Shown here piece by piece: positions 35,206 to 42,703 of a stretch of 46,037 nt of DNA; position 1 is the first letter of the stretch; each line of letters begins with the position of its first letter. The stretch spans positions 1 through 46,037 of the forward strand of contig CAZYPB010000002.1 of the NCBI GenBank assembly GCA_964649265.1. The letters run 5' to 3'. Origin of the DNA: Candidatus Micrarchaeota archaeon (lineage in GTDB: Archaea > Micrarchaeota > Micrarchaeia > Burarchaeales > JAKAKT01). The notes below the pieces were generated by a model that saw only the letters and a list, made by a program, of their open reading frames with translations, made no database searches and had not been told where the DNA came from. Position numbers and translations under genes: made by a program.

Positions 35206-36630
35206 ATGCAATTTAAAACAACCAAAGATGTAGTGCTGTCCAAAGACCCTTTAGATGCAATAATAGGTCAGGATGAGGTTGTTAAGATTGCGCGCGCAGT
35301 TTCAAAACAAAAGAGAAACCTATTACTTGTAGGCCCACCAGGAACTGGAAAGAGCATGATTGCCCAGGCAATAGCCTACTTACTTCCAAGACCAAATCAA
35401 GAGATATCCATACTGCAGAATTTCGATAATCCTGAGAGGCCGATTGTTGAGATAAGGGACAGGACAAAGATAGAGGGACAGGTCAAGAAAAAGAAGGCAT
35501 CAGGGAAGATCCTTAGTCCATCACAGGTGCCTGTTTTTGTTGCAGAGAGGCTCGGATTCAGATGCAGAAGATGCGGCAATATCTCCGATTATAAGATACA
35601 GGTTTGCTCATCATGCGGTGCTGACAAATACAGGAAAGCCTCAACACCATTCGATGATTTGCTCTTTGGTTTCCAGAGCGAGGTTCTTGAGGAGAGAGTG
35701 CACACAACCCGATCTTTTCCAGACGGAAGAGAGGAGATAATGGTCTATGAGAGAACAAAGGAGGGCAAGATCGTATCATATGATCAGCGTTCACTTAAGG
35801 ATCTGGAAAAAGGACATACCCGAAGACCAAGGAAGATAATTGTTCCACTGAACAGGAAACCATTTGTTCATGCAACTGGGGCAAGTGAGACAGAACTTCT
35901 TGGAGACATAAAACACGATCCATATGGTGGGCACCCCGAGGCAGGTATTGCTCCATATCAGCGAGTTGTACCTGGAGCAGTACATGAAGCACATGAAGGA
36001 GTTTTATTCGTAGACGAATTATCTACACTTGGGTATTTACAGCGATATCTTCTAACAGCAATGCAGGAGAAGCGCTTTTCAATAGTGGGGAGAAACCCAT
36101 CAAGCACAGGTGCTGCTGTAAAAGTAGAGAACGTCCCATGCGATTTCATTCTCATAGGCGCAATAAACACCAATGATATGCCTAACCTACTTCCGCCTCT
36201 GAGGTCCAGAATAACGGGCAATGGTTATGAGGTCCTTGTAAATACCACGATGCCCGACACTGAGAAGAACAGGGAATCCGTTATTCAGTTCATTTCTCAG
36301 GAAATAATAAAGGATGGCAAGATACCCCATGCAGACTATGAGGCAGTTCAGCTTGTAATTGCAGAATCTCGAAAACGGGCAAGAGAAATAGACAATGTTG
36401 CAGGACTAACACTTAGATTAAGGGATCTCTCTGGCATTGTTAAGCTTGCAGGAGACATGGCGTGCATAGAGGGATCAGAGACAATAACTGCAGAGTACAT
36501 AAAGGCTGCGATTAAGAAAGGAAGGACAATAGAGCAACAGATTAATGATAAATACGGAAGTTGGTACAAGGCAGAGATGAGCGATTACCATTATAAACAA
36601 AACAGTTCAGATAATAAAGAAGTCGGATAA
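35206..36630 (+). CDS. LonB-like AAA+ ATPase lacking the membrane anchor and the protease domain, with zinc-ribbon insert
   Basis: Walker A GPPGTGKS, PFVHATGASETELLGDIKHDPYGG, Walker B GVLFVDEL, LLTAMQEKRFSIVG, RSRITGNGYEV, TLRLRDLSGIVKLAGD. All are LonB-like from memory. The ORF ends where the Lon protease domain would begin. CxxC-x10-CxxC lies at 35563-35616. Confidence 0.8.
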   Translation: MQFKTTKDVVLSKDPLDAIIGQDEVVKIARAVSKQKRNLLLVGPPGTGKSMIAQAIAYLLPRPNQEISILQNFDNPERPIVEIRDRTKIEGQVKKKKASGKILSPSQVPVFVAERLGFRCRRCGNISDYKIQVCSSCGADKYRKASTPFDDLLFGFQSEVLEERVHTTRSFPDGREEIMVYERTKEGKIVSYDQRSLKDLEKGHTRRPRKIIVPLNRKPFVHATGASETELLGDIKHDPYGGHPEAGIAPYQRVVPGAVHEAHEGVLFVDELSTLGYLQRYLLTAMQEKRFSIVGRNPSSTGAAVKVENVPCDFILIGAINTNDMPNLLPPLRSRITGNGYEVLVNTTMPDTEKNRESVIQFISQEIIKDGKIPHADYEAVQLVIAESRKRAREIDNVAGLTLRLRDLSGIVKLAGDMACIEGSETITAEYIKAAIKKGRTIEQQINDKYGSWYKAEMSDYHYKQNSSDNKEVG

Positions 36631-36646
36631 GGGGCCCGTAGTCGAG

Positions 36647-36677
36647 TGTCCTTCTGTTATCCCAGGAAGACCGACAA
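36647..36677 (+). other. Non-canonical tRNA intron in the D loop (between nt 15 and 16), 31 nt, HBh'-type bulge-helix-bulge
   Basis: A 4-bp helix GTCG (36641-44) : CGAC (36672-75) is followed on each strand by a 3-nt bulge (AGT 36645-47; AAT 36676-78). The h' stem is 36648-56 : 36663-71 (9 bp, one mismatch, one GU). Cleavage 2 nt into each bulge restores the AGUGGUUUA D loop. Confidence 0.75.
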
Positions 36678-36700
36678 TGGTTTAAGACGCCACCCTTACA

Positions 36701-36778
36701 AATTGCTCCGGCAGGCGAAACTGCCTTTCAGACATCATGGACGCTGAGAGGTATCGGAACCCGCCGGAGGGTTCTGAT
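36701..36778 (+). other. tRNA intron at the canonical 37/38 position, 78 nt (junction ambiguous by 1-2 nt because of flanking A residues)
   Basis: It must be removed to join loop CTTACA to A-GGTGG. It contains a 7-bp internal helix (36706-12 : 36763-69) and an alternative GGCAG/CTGCC hairpin (36710-25). I could not draw a strict BHB by eye. Confidence 0.65.
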
Positions 36779-36817
36779 AGGTGGAGATCCGGTGTTCGAT
36801 TCACCGCGGGCCCACTG

Positions 36818-36823
36818 TTTTTT
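36818..36823 (+). terminator. Oligo-T tract, probable archaeal terminator for the tRNA
   Basis: TTTTTT begins 4 nt after the discriminator base. Confidence 0.5.
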
Positions 36824-36881
36824 CAACAACGTTAAAACACTATTTATTAATACTTAAGACGAATGTACTTTGGTGAACCTT

Positions 36882-37571
36882 ATGTCTAAAGAGGATGTAG
36901 ACTCGATGCTAATAACTGCCGCTCTTGGAGAGGAGCTCCAGATGGTTGAGACATATTCAAAGGTTAGAGATGCATCAAATGATCCAGTTGTAAAGAAGAC
37001 ACTTGATATACTAATAAATGATAGCAGAAAGCACGCAGTAATCATATCAGATCTTGTTCTAGACATCTCATCCAAATATTCATGGGAACTTGATGATATA
37101 GACAAGAAAGTCGCCCAACAGATATCCGATAGCACGCAGTTTACACTTTCAAAAGAGACAACAGAATGGTACACAAAAAAGGTGCAGGCAATAGCACTGA
37201 AGGCAAGCGAAGAGCCATTGAATGTAAGAGAGGCAAACGACCAAGCAGTTGTATCTGCCCTTGAGATGTTTATAGGTTCCGAGAGGACAGCATTCGCAAT
37301 ATACAAGGTTCTTATTTCGAAGGTAGCAGAAGAGACAAAACAGGCCATAGAAAAGATAATGGATGATGAGATAAGGCATGCAAACATGCTTAATAGACTA
37401 ATCTGGCAGGTAAAATCAGGAGAGAAGGAACCCGAGGCAGATGCAATTAAAAAAGAGGAACCATTCAACATCCTGTATTGCACAGTGTGTATGAAGGTTT
37501 ATGGAGATGACCTAAAGAAATGCAATGCCTGTGGGGGCCAAATAAAGGAACTACTTTCAGACAAGAAATAA
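36882..37571 (+). CDS. Ferritin-like/rubrerythrin-like four-helix-bundle protein with C-terminal zinc ribbon
   Basis: Two-fold internal repeat. The second half has E...DEIRH (ExxH); the first half has only E...DSRKH. C-terminal CTVC...CNAC. ATG at 36882; TATA-like TTTATTAATA at 36843-36852. The opposite-strand 209-aa ORF is Ser-rich shadow. Confidence 0.55.
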   Translation: MSKEDVDSMLITAALGEELQMVETYSKVRDASNDPVVKKTLDILINDSRKHAVIISDLVLDISSKYSWELDDIDKKVAQQISDSTQFTLSKETTEWYTKKVQAIALKASEEPLNVREANDQAVVSALEMFIGSERTAFAIYKVLISKVAEETKQAIEKIMDDEIRHANMLNRLIWQVKSGEKEPEADAIKKEEPFNILYCTVCMKVYGDDLKKCNACGGQIKELLSDKK

Positions 37572-37617
37572 ATTAAATATTTAAATCTTAATCTGATCAC
37601 TTATTCGGGGGGATTGT

Positions 37618-38700
37618 ATGGCAGGTATAGAAGATTTCACAAACCAATTTTCAACCTATCTTAATTTCGAGGTCGCGGGCAATACCGGGAACCAGTTCCT
37701 AACTGCATTTCTTGTCTTCGCAGGCCTTACTTTATTGTTCAAGATAATAAAGACAATAGTTCTCGCGAAGCTAAAGGAGCTTACAACCAAAACGGATAAC
37801 AAGTTGGACGACCTTCTGTTCTCAGTTGTAAATGAGATACCCTGGACATTCTATTCATTAATCTCAGTATATGCTGGCATTAGTTTCCTCACATTAAATG
37901 ATTTCATAAAGGATGCAGTTGGCTATGCAATAATAGTTGTTCTCACCTACTATGGAGTAAAGATAGCACAGACCATAATAGATTTCTCAAAGGATGAGGT
38001 GATACGCAAGCAGAAGAAGAAGGACAACGTGGAGGATGCGTCACTAGTCTCAACTCTCGCAGATATACTGAAGATTTCAGTGTGGGTGTTCGCGCTTATT
38101 CTGCTTCTTGCCAATTTCGGTTATGATGTCTCCGCACTTATCGCAGGTGTGGGTATCGGCGGCTTGGCAATTGCCCTGGCTGCGCAGAACATACTTTCAG
38201 ACATATTCGCTTCATTTTCGATATTCTTTGACAAGCCATTCAAAATAGAGGATTACGTTGTTGTTGGGGATGATTCAGGAACAGTGAAAAAGATAGGGAT
38301 AAAGACAACAAGAATTCAGACACTCAAAGGGGATGAGCTCGTAATATCAAACAAGGAACTAACTGAATCCCGTATCCATAATTACGGGAAGATGAAGAAG
38401 AGGAGGGTGGTTTCTCATTTTGGTGTTGTTTATGAAACAAGTTCAAAGAAACTAAAAAAGATACCTTCACTTGTAAAGGATGCCATAGACAAAGTAGACA
38501 AGGCATCCGCAGACAGGGTTCATTTCACTGATTTTGGCGATTTCTCACTTAATTTTGAAGCAGTCTACTATATAGACAGTCCAGACTATGCTCTGTTTAT
38601 GGACATACAGCAGGAGGTAAACCTTGGGATAAAGGAGAGATTTGAGAAAGAGAAAATAGAAATGGCATTCCCAACGCATACAATCTACCTCCAGAAATAG
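37618..38700 (+). CDS. mscS: Small-conductance mechanosensitive channel
   Basis: N-terminal TM helices, then the MscS beta-domain pattern ILSDIFASFSIFFDKPFKIEDYVVVGDDSGTVKKIGIKTTRIQTLKGDELVISN. Confidence 0.9.
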   Translation: MAGIEDFTNQFSTYLNFEVAGNTGNQFLTAFLVFAGLTLLFKIIKTIVLAKLKELTTKTDNKLDDLLFSVVNEIPWTFYSLISVYAGISFLTLNDFIKDAVGYAIIVVLTYYGVKIAQTIIDFSKDEVIRKQKKKDNVEDASLVSTLADILKISVWVFALILLLANFGYDVSALIAGVGIGGLAIALAAQNILSDIFASFSIFFDKPFKIEDYVVVGDDSGTVKKIGIKTTRIQTLKGDELVISNKELTESRIHNYGKMKKRRVVSHFGVVYETSSKKLKKIPSLVKDAIDKVDKASADRVHFTDFGDFSLNFEAVYYIDSPDYALFMDIQQEVNLGIKERFEKEKIEMAFPTHTIYLQK

Positions 38701-38737
38701 CAAAAGGACTTAAAGTGCAGATTCCTGAATTACAGGT

Positions 38738-39493
38738 ATGATTGATCTTAGGAAAAAAGCATATGCCCAGGTTCTTAGGCTTCTTAGAAATTGCGATGTT
38801 GCTCTTGAGGTAGTTGATTCAAGGGACATAAACGGAACAAGGATAAAAAAAATGGATGGAGAATTCAGAAGCAAGATAATAATGGTTGCAACAAAATCTG
38901 ATCTTCTCCCAGAGGATGCACGGCTCCCAAAAAGTATCTTCGGGATCCCAGTTATCCCATTCTCCTCAAGAACAAGAGGAGGACTTGAGAAAATATTTTC
39001 ATCCATAAGGAGCATGGCAAAAACAAAGAAACTAGAGGAATGCAGGGTCGTGGTATTCGGTTTGCCAAACATAGGGAAATCCACAATAATAAACATAATG
39101 AGAGGCAGGCACTCCGCAAGAACAGGCTCCAGGCCGGGGGTTACAAAGGGCCCACAATGGATTTCGCTTAAAAGCGGAATACTTCTTTACGATACTCCTG
39201 GGGTAGTTGGATTCCAAGCAAATAGGGATGATCTAGCTGTTTGGGGCGCGATAGACATAGACAAACTCAGGAACCCAGAGGATGTTGCAATAAAGATAAT
39301 AGGAAAATTCAAAGAAAATGAAAAAAATGGCTTCTTTAAATATTACAATGTTGAGAAAAAAGAGGATGATTTCGAAATACTAAGGGATGTTGCCTTGAAC
39401 AGGGGCCTTCTTCTTAAAAAGGGGGAGCCAAACATATTTGAGGCATCAAAAATGATAATACGAGATTTTCAAAAAGGCAGATTTCCAATCTAA
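38738..39493 (+). CDS. Circularly permuted ribosome-biogenesis GTPase (YlqF/RbgA-like)
   Basis: Motif order is G4 (ATKSD), then G1 (GLPNIGKST), then G3 (DTPG), which is diagnostic of cpGTPases. 251 aa. Confidence 0.8.
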   Translation: MIDLRKKAYAQVLRLLRNCDVALEVVDSRDINGTRIKKMDGEFRSKIIMVATKSDLLPEDARLPKSIFGIPVIPFSSRTRGGLEKIFSSIRSMAKTKKLEECRVVVFGLPNIGKSTIINIMRGRHSARTGSRPGVTKGPQWISLKSGILLYDTPGVVGFQANRDDLAVWGAIDIDKLRNPEDVAIKIIGKFKENEKNGFFKYYNVEKKEDDFEILRDVALNRGLLLKKGEPNIFEASKMIIRDFQKGRFPI

Positions 39494-40416
39494 AGGTTCT
39501 GCGCTACAGTTTCAATATCCTCAATTAACTTCTCAAGCCTCCCATCTCCAGCCCACCTACTCCAAGCATGGCTCTCATATTCTCCATCATCCCTTTCACG
39601 AATACCATTACCTGTAATTCCAGTTATTTCATCGGGTATCTTTACCTCTATATCATTTGCCTTTAGCCATTTTATGTAGTTTTTCGCAGAATCCCCAAGT
39701 GCACCCTCTTCTGAAGCCAATTCCCCAAGAGAGATGAATGCAACAACGCGTGCTTCGTATGTATTTGCATCAGGGATTATCCTGCTTATCTTATACGCGC
39801 CACTTGAATAGGGGTCCCCCAAAGAGTCCTCTCCATCTAATTTAGTTAATTTTTTAATTTCAATTACTGCGTCTGTTGCAACCCAAGGATTATTGGAAGT
39901 TTGTGCAATTGTCTCAAGCGCGCCCGTTTCCTCAAGTCTTCCGAGTGCCATAACAGCCGGAACACCGTCCTCATGGTCGTGGTGCAACGCTATTATCTCA
40001 AGCCCCCTTGCACACCTTATTCCCTCAAGAGATTTCACTGCCCTCTCATCAATAAGCAGATTCTCAATTTCGTTTAATGCAGAAACAATATTCTCAAAAT
40101 TTCGTTTATCCTGTTCACCCATAAAAACATCATAAAAAGAGCCATTCTCAGATGATCCTTCACTCATGCTTGCAACAATTGTCTCATGCTTCTTTTTCAG
40201 CCTCCGGTATTCACTGTTTCTAGTTACCATATCATGAATATCTCTAAGTGATTTGATGTGTATCTTTCTATCAGGATCCTTTAGTTTAGATATCTGGTAA
40301 CCGATAATCTCCTGAAACCGGCTTTCAGTTCTTTTTTTCCTAAAAACAAGTACCTTTGTGTGCAGGTCCCCTTGGGATATCTGCACAGGAACAGAATGGG
40401 AGGCCAAACTGTTCAT
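39490..40416 (-). CDS. Hypothetical protein with possible HEAT-like repeats
   Basis: 308 aa, acidic. VPAVMALGRLEETGALETIAQ resembles a PBS-lyase/HEAT-like repeat. No other motif recognised. Confidence 0.5.
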   Translation of the reverse strand: MNSLASHSVPVQISQGDLHTKVLVFRKKRTESRFQEIIGYQISKLKDPDRKIHIKSLRDIHDMVTRNSEYRRLKKKHETIVASMSEGSSENGSFYDVFMGEQDKRNFENIVSALNEIENLLIDERAVKSLEGIRCARGLEIIALHHDHEDGVPAVMALGRLEETGALETIAQTSNNPWVATDAVIEIKKLTKLDGEDSLGDPYSSGAYKISRIIPDANTYEARVVAFISLGELASEEGALGDSAKNYIKWLKANDIEVKIPDEITGITGNGIRERDDGEYESHAWSRWAGDGRLEKLIEDIETVAQNL

Positions 40417-40466
40417 GCTATGCTTTTGTTATACAATTTATAAAAACTGTTTGTTAAAAACACCGT

Positions 40467-41201
40467 ATGCAAAAACAAGAGGAAGAAAAAAAACCTGTGA
40501 AAAAGGTAGATGAAGAGGTACTCAATGTAATAGATATCTGCGAGAAGGTCTTCATTCAGTACAACGAACAGGAGATGGAGGATAACAAAGGGAAGATAAA
40601 GAAAGCACGCGGAGGAAACAAGATCCCTGTTTTTGGTCTGCTTGTTCCGGATGATTGGAAAGGGATATCCTTTGAAGACCTTGAGCACATGATGGGTATG
40701 GTTTCAGCATTACCGAAAGAACATAAAACGAAGAAGGATGTTCAGAATATCATATCTGTTTTCCCAGACAGGGTTGTTGAAGAATATGCGGACAAACTTG
40801 CAAAGCGAAAGAAAGCGCTGAAAACCCTGAAAGAGCAGTACAAGAAAGCGGATGAGAATTTCAGAAGAGAGTTTTATGAACAACTTAGAAAGGCAACTGC
40901 ATGGGGCAGGGGCTCATGGTTGGAGGGTACACTCTCAAGGGATACTGAACTGAAGCTTGAGGATGGGCAAGAGAGCATGCGCTATCCAGTTCTTGACTTC
41001 TACAGGCTCCTTCTTCTTTCATACGATGCAAAGAATCCTCCTGATGTTTTTGGTGCAACCGGGATTACGGAAGCATTCCTAAGAACAGTTGATGATTTTG
41101 TTACAGTTTGCCATAACCTTGCAATTAAATCCAATAGTTTCAAAGATTTTGATGCAAAAGTAAAGGGGATGAAATCATTTGAGATTCCTGTTGTCAAATG
41201 A
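40467..41201 (+). CDS. Hypothetical charged soluble protein (244 aa)
   Basis: Long ORF with K/E-rich N-terminal and central helices. No motif recognised. Divergent from 39490-40416. Confidence 0.5.
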   Translation: MQKQEEEKKPVKKVDEEVLNVIDICEKVFIQYNEQEMEDNKGKIKKARGGNKIPVFGLLVPDDWKGISFEDLEHMMGMVSALPKEHKTKKDVQNIISVFPDRVVEEYADKLAKRKKALKTLKEQYKKADENFRREFYEQLRKATAWGRGSWLEGTLSRDTELKLEDGQESMRYPVLDFYRLLLLSYDAKNPPDVFGATGITEAFLRTVDDFVTVCHNLAIKSNSFKDFDAKVKGMKSFEIPVVK

Positions 41202-42593
41202 TCAGAGTCCTTTTCTCTTATTTCTCCTTACAACGTAATACAGTGCTGCTGTGACTACAGCTGCCACCATTACTGGATAAAGAAGCCATTCCAGAACAGA
41301 TATGCCGGGTATCCCGGGGTCTACTTTCATCTCTTCTCTGTTTTCAAGAAGTACTTTTCTCAAAACCATGAGATCCGACATATTATGAACAATCCCAAGT
41401 TCCCTTTCAACCATTCTCATGCTCTCATAAACACCGGTTGTGTTTCTCTCAGGAGGTAGCCCTGTAAGTTCATCCCAGACTTCGTTGTAGAGAATTTTAA
41501 CAGTATCGTATTCCGCACTTATATTCGAGAGTGTTTTCTGAGTACTAACCCCCTCCTCCTCAAAGCTGTTCATAAGGGAATCAGCTTTACTGAAATTCCT
41601 GGAATTGCAGTACTGGAGTATCTGAGTTCTTGTTGAATGCATCTTCTGAATCCCTTTTTTTACTTCGCTGTAATTCACAACTGGATGTGTGCTGTTTTCG
41701 ATTTTTCCCACATACTCTAAAGTGTAGTTTTTGTACTGCAGGCATCTATCAATATTCTTCTTCAGTTCCATTCTTCTTTGGGTTTCCTCAGATATGTATT
41801 CCGCAGTGGTTTTAGCCCCAGTTACTAGTGAATACACATTCCTTATTCGAACAAGCTCTTCCCTTATTTCAAGGAGTGAATCAGTTTTGTAATCCACCTT
41901 TGGGCAGAAATAGTAACCCTTCTCCTCAATTGTCTTCATAAGCGGGTTTGTGTTAATTCCTTCAGAAACAGAGACAAGTTCATCTATAACATTTATCCCA
42001 TTGTTGAATGTGCTGACATCCTCTACAGCAACTACTTCATCCAAAACTGAGTTTAATTTCCCAGTCTTGTTATCAAGGATCTCTAATGAGATTGAGAAAT
42101 GTGCAATCGAATCTATGAATTCGCATCCTTCTCCCCCTATCTCGCATCCTGTCCCATGCTTCATATCATTGCACATCGGAGTATAACAGGAGGCAATGCA
42201 GCTCTCCCTATCATTACATGGGAACCTATCCACTCCAGTATACCGTTCACATTCCTCCTCCCCCCTTCTACTTCCCTCGAATTCCTTAATCTTACTCTTT
42301 AGTTGATCTATTGCCTGCTTATCTGGCTTTACTGCTGTAACAGAATTTGAGTACCCATTAAGAACACCCTCTATTGATTCTGGATTTTTTAGGAAAACAG
42401 CACCCTTATCACACGATGCGAGCATTGAATACTTGTCATTTATAGAAAAAAGAAAGTACTCTTTATCAAGTGTAAATGAGACGTACTTGTAATCCTCACC
42501 CGTATCGAGGTATATTTCAACAGAATTATCGCATGCCTGGGAGAACACAACCCCAATAAAAACAAGAAGGGAAACAAAAAATCCAAATCTCAT
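41202..42593 (-). CDS. Type-I membrane-anchored extracellular Cys-rich protein
   Basis: Signal-like N-terminus MRFGFFVSLLVFIGVVFSQA, Cys-dense block (CERYTGVDRFPCNDRESCIASCYTPMCNDMKHGTGCEIGGEGCEF), C-terminal TM segment VLEWLLYPVMVAAVVTAALYYVV and basic stop-transfer RRNKRKGL. Confidence 0.55.
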   Translation of the reverse strand: MRFGFFVSLLVFIGVVFSQACDNSVEIYLDTGEDYKYVSFTLDKEYFLFSINDKYSMLASCDKGAVFLKNPESIEGVLNGYSNSVTAVKPDKQAIDQLKSKIKEFEGSRRGEEECERYTGVDRFPCNDRESCIASCYTPMCNDMKHGTGCEIGGEGCEFIDSIAHFSISLEILDNKTGKLNSVLDEVVAVEDVSTFNNGINVIDELVSVSEGINTNPLMKTIEEKGYYFCPKVDYKTDSLLEIREELVRIRNVYSLVTGAKTTAEYISEETQRRMELKKNIDRCLQYKNYTLEYVGKIENSTHPVVNYSEVKKGIQKMHSTRTQILQYCNSRNFSKADSLMNSFEEEGVSTQKTLSNISAEYDTVKILYNEVWDELTGLPPERNTTGVYESMRMVERELGIVHNMSDLMVLRKVLLENREEMKVDPGIPGISVLEWLLYPVMVAAVVTAALYYVVRRNKRKGL

Positions 42594-42703
42594 ATGAATT
42601 ACCTATATTTTATTACAGTGGTGATATATATCCTTTTTACCCTACGCGTTCTCAAAAAACAAAACCTATATATTAACATCCGGACAAATACTTTTCGTCG
42701 ACA

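Larger units (their letters stand above)
36632..36814 (+). tRNA. tRNA-Val: tRNA-Val (anticodon UAC) with two introns; mature length 74 nt, no encoded CCA
   Basis: Acceptor GGGCCCG (36632-38) pairs with CGGGCCC (36807-13), then A73. T arm CGGTG-TTCGATT-CACCG (36790-36806). Anticodon arm CCACC (36690-94), loop CTTACAA, GGTGG (36780-84). D arm GTCG/AGAC with loop AGTGGTTTA after intron removal. T6 run follows immediately downstream. Confidence 0.85.

Noticed and set aside
36701-36778. C/D-box sRNA embedded in the long tRNA intron (as in some haloarchaeal tRNA-Trp introns)
   Set aside because: CUGA occurs at 36744-47 and 36774-77, but there is no RUGAUGA C box or k-turn arrangement anywhere in the intron.
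36560-36900. tRNA-targeted integration having truncated the Lon-like gene
   Set aside because: There is no integrase. I noticed no repeat of the tRNA 3' end downstream, and the downstream genes (ferritin-like, mscS, GTPase) are ordinary chromosomal genes. I cannot fully exclude it without a repeat search.
36854-37483. 209-aa minus-strand ORF opposite the ferritin-like gene
   Set aside because: It is Ser-rich low-complexity sequence. The plus-strand frame has ExxH and CxxC motifs and a TATA box upstream.
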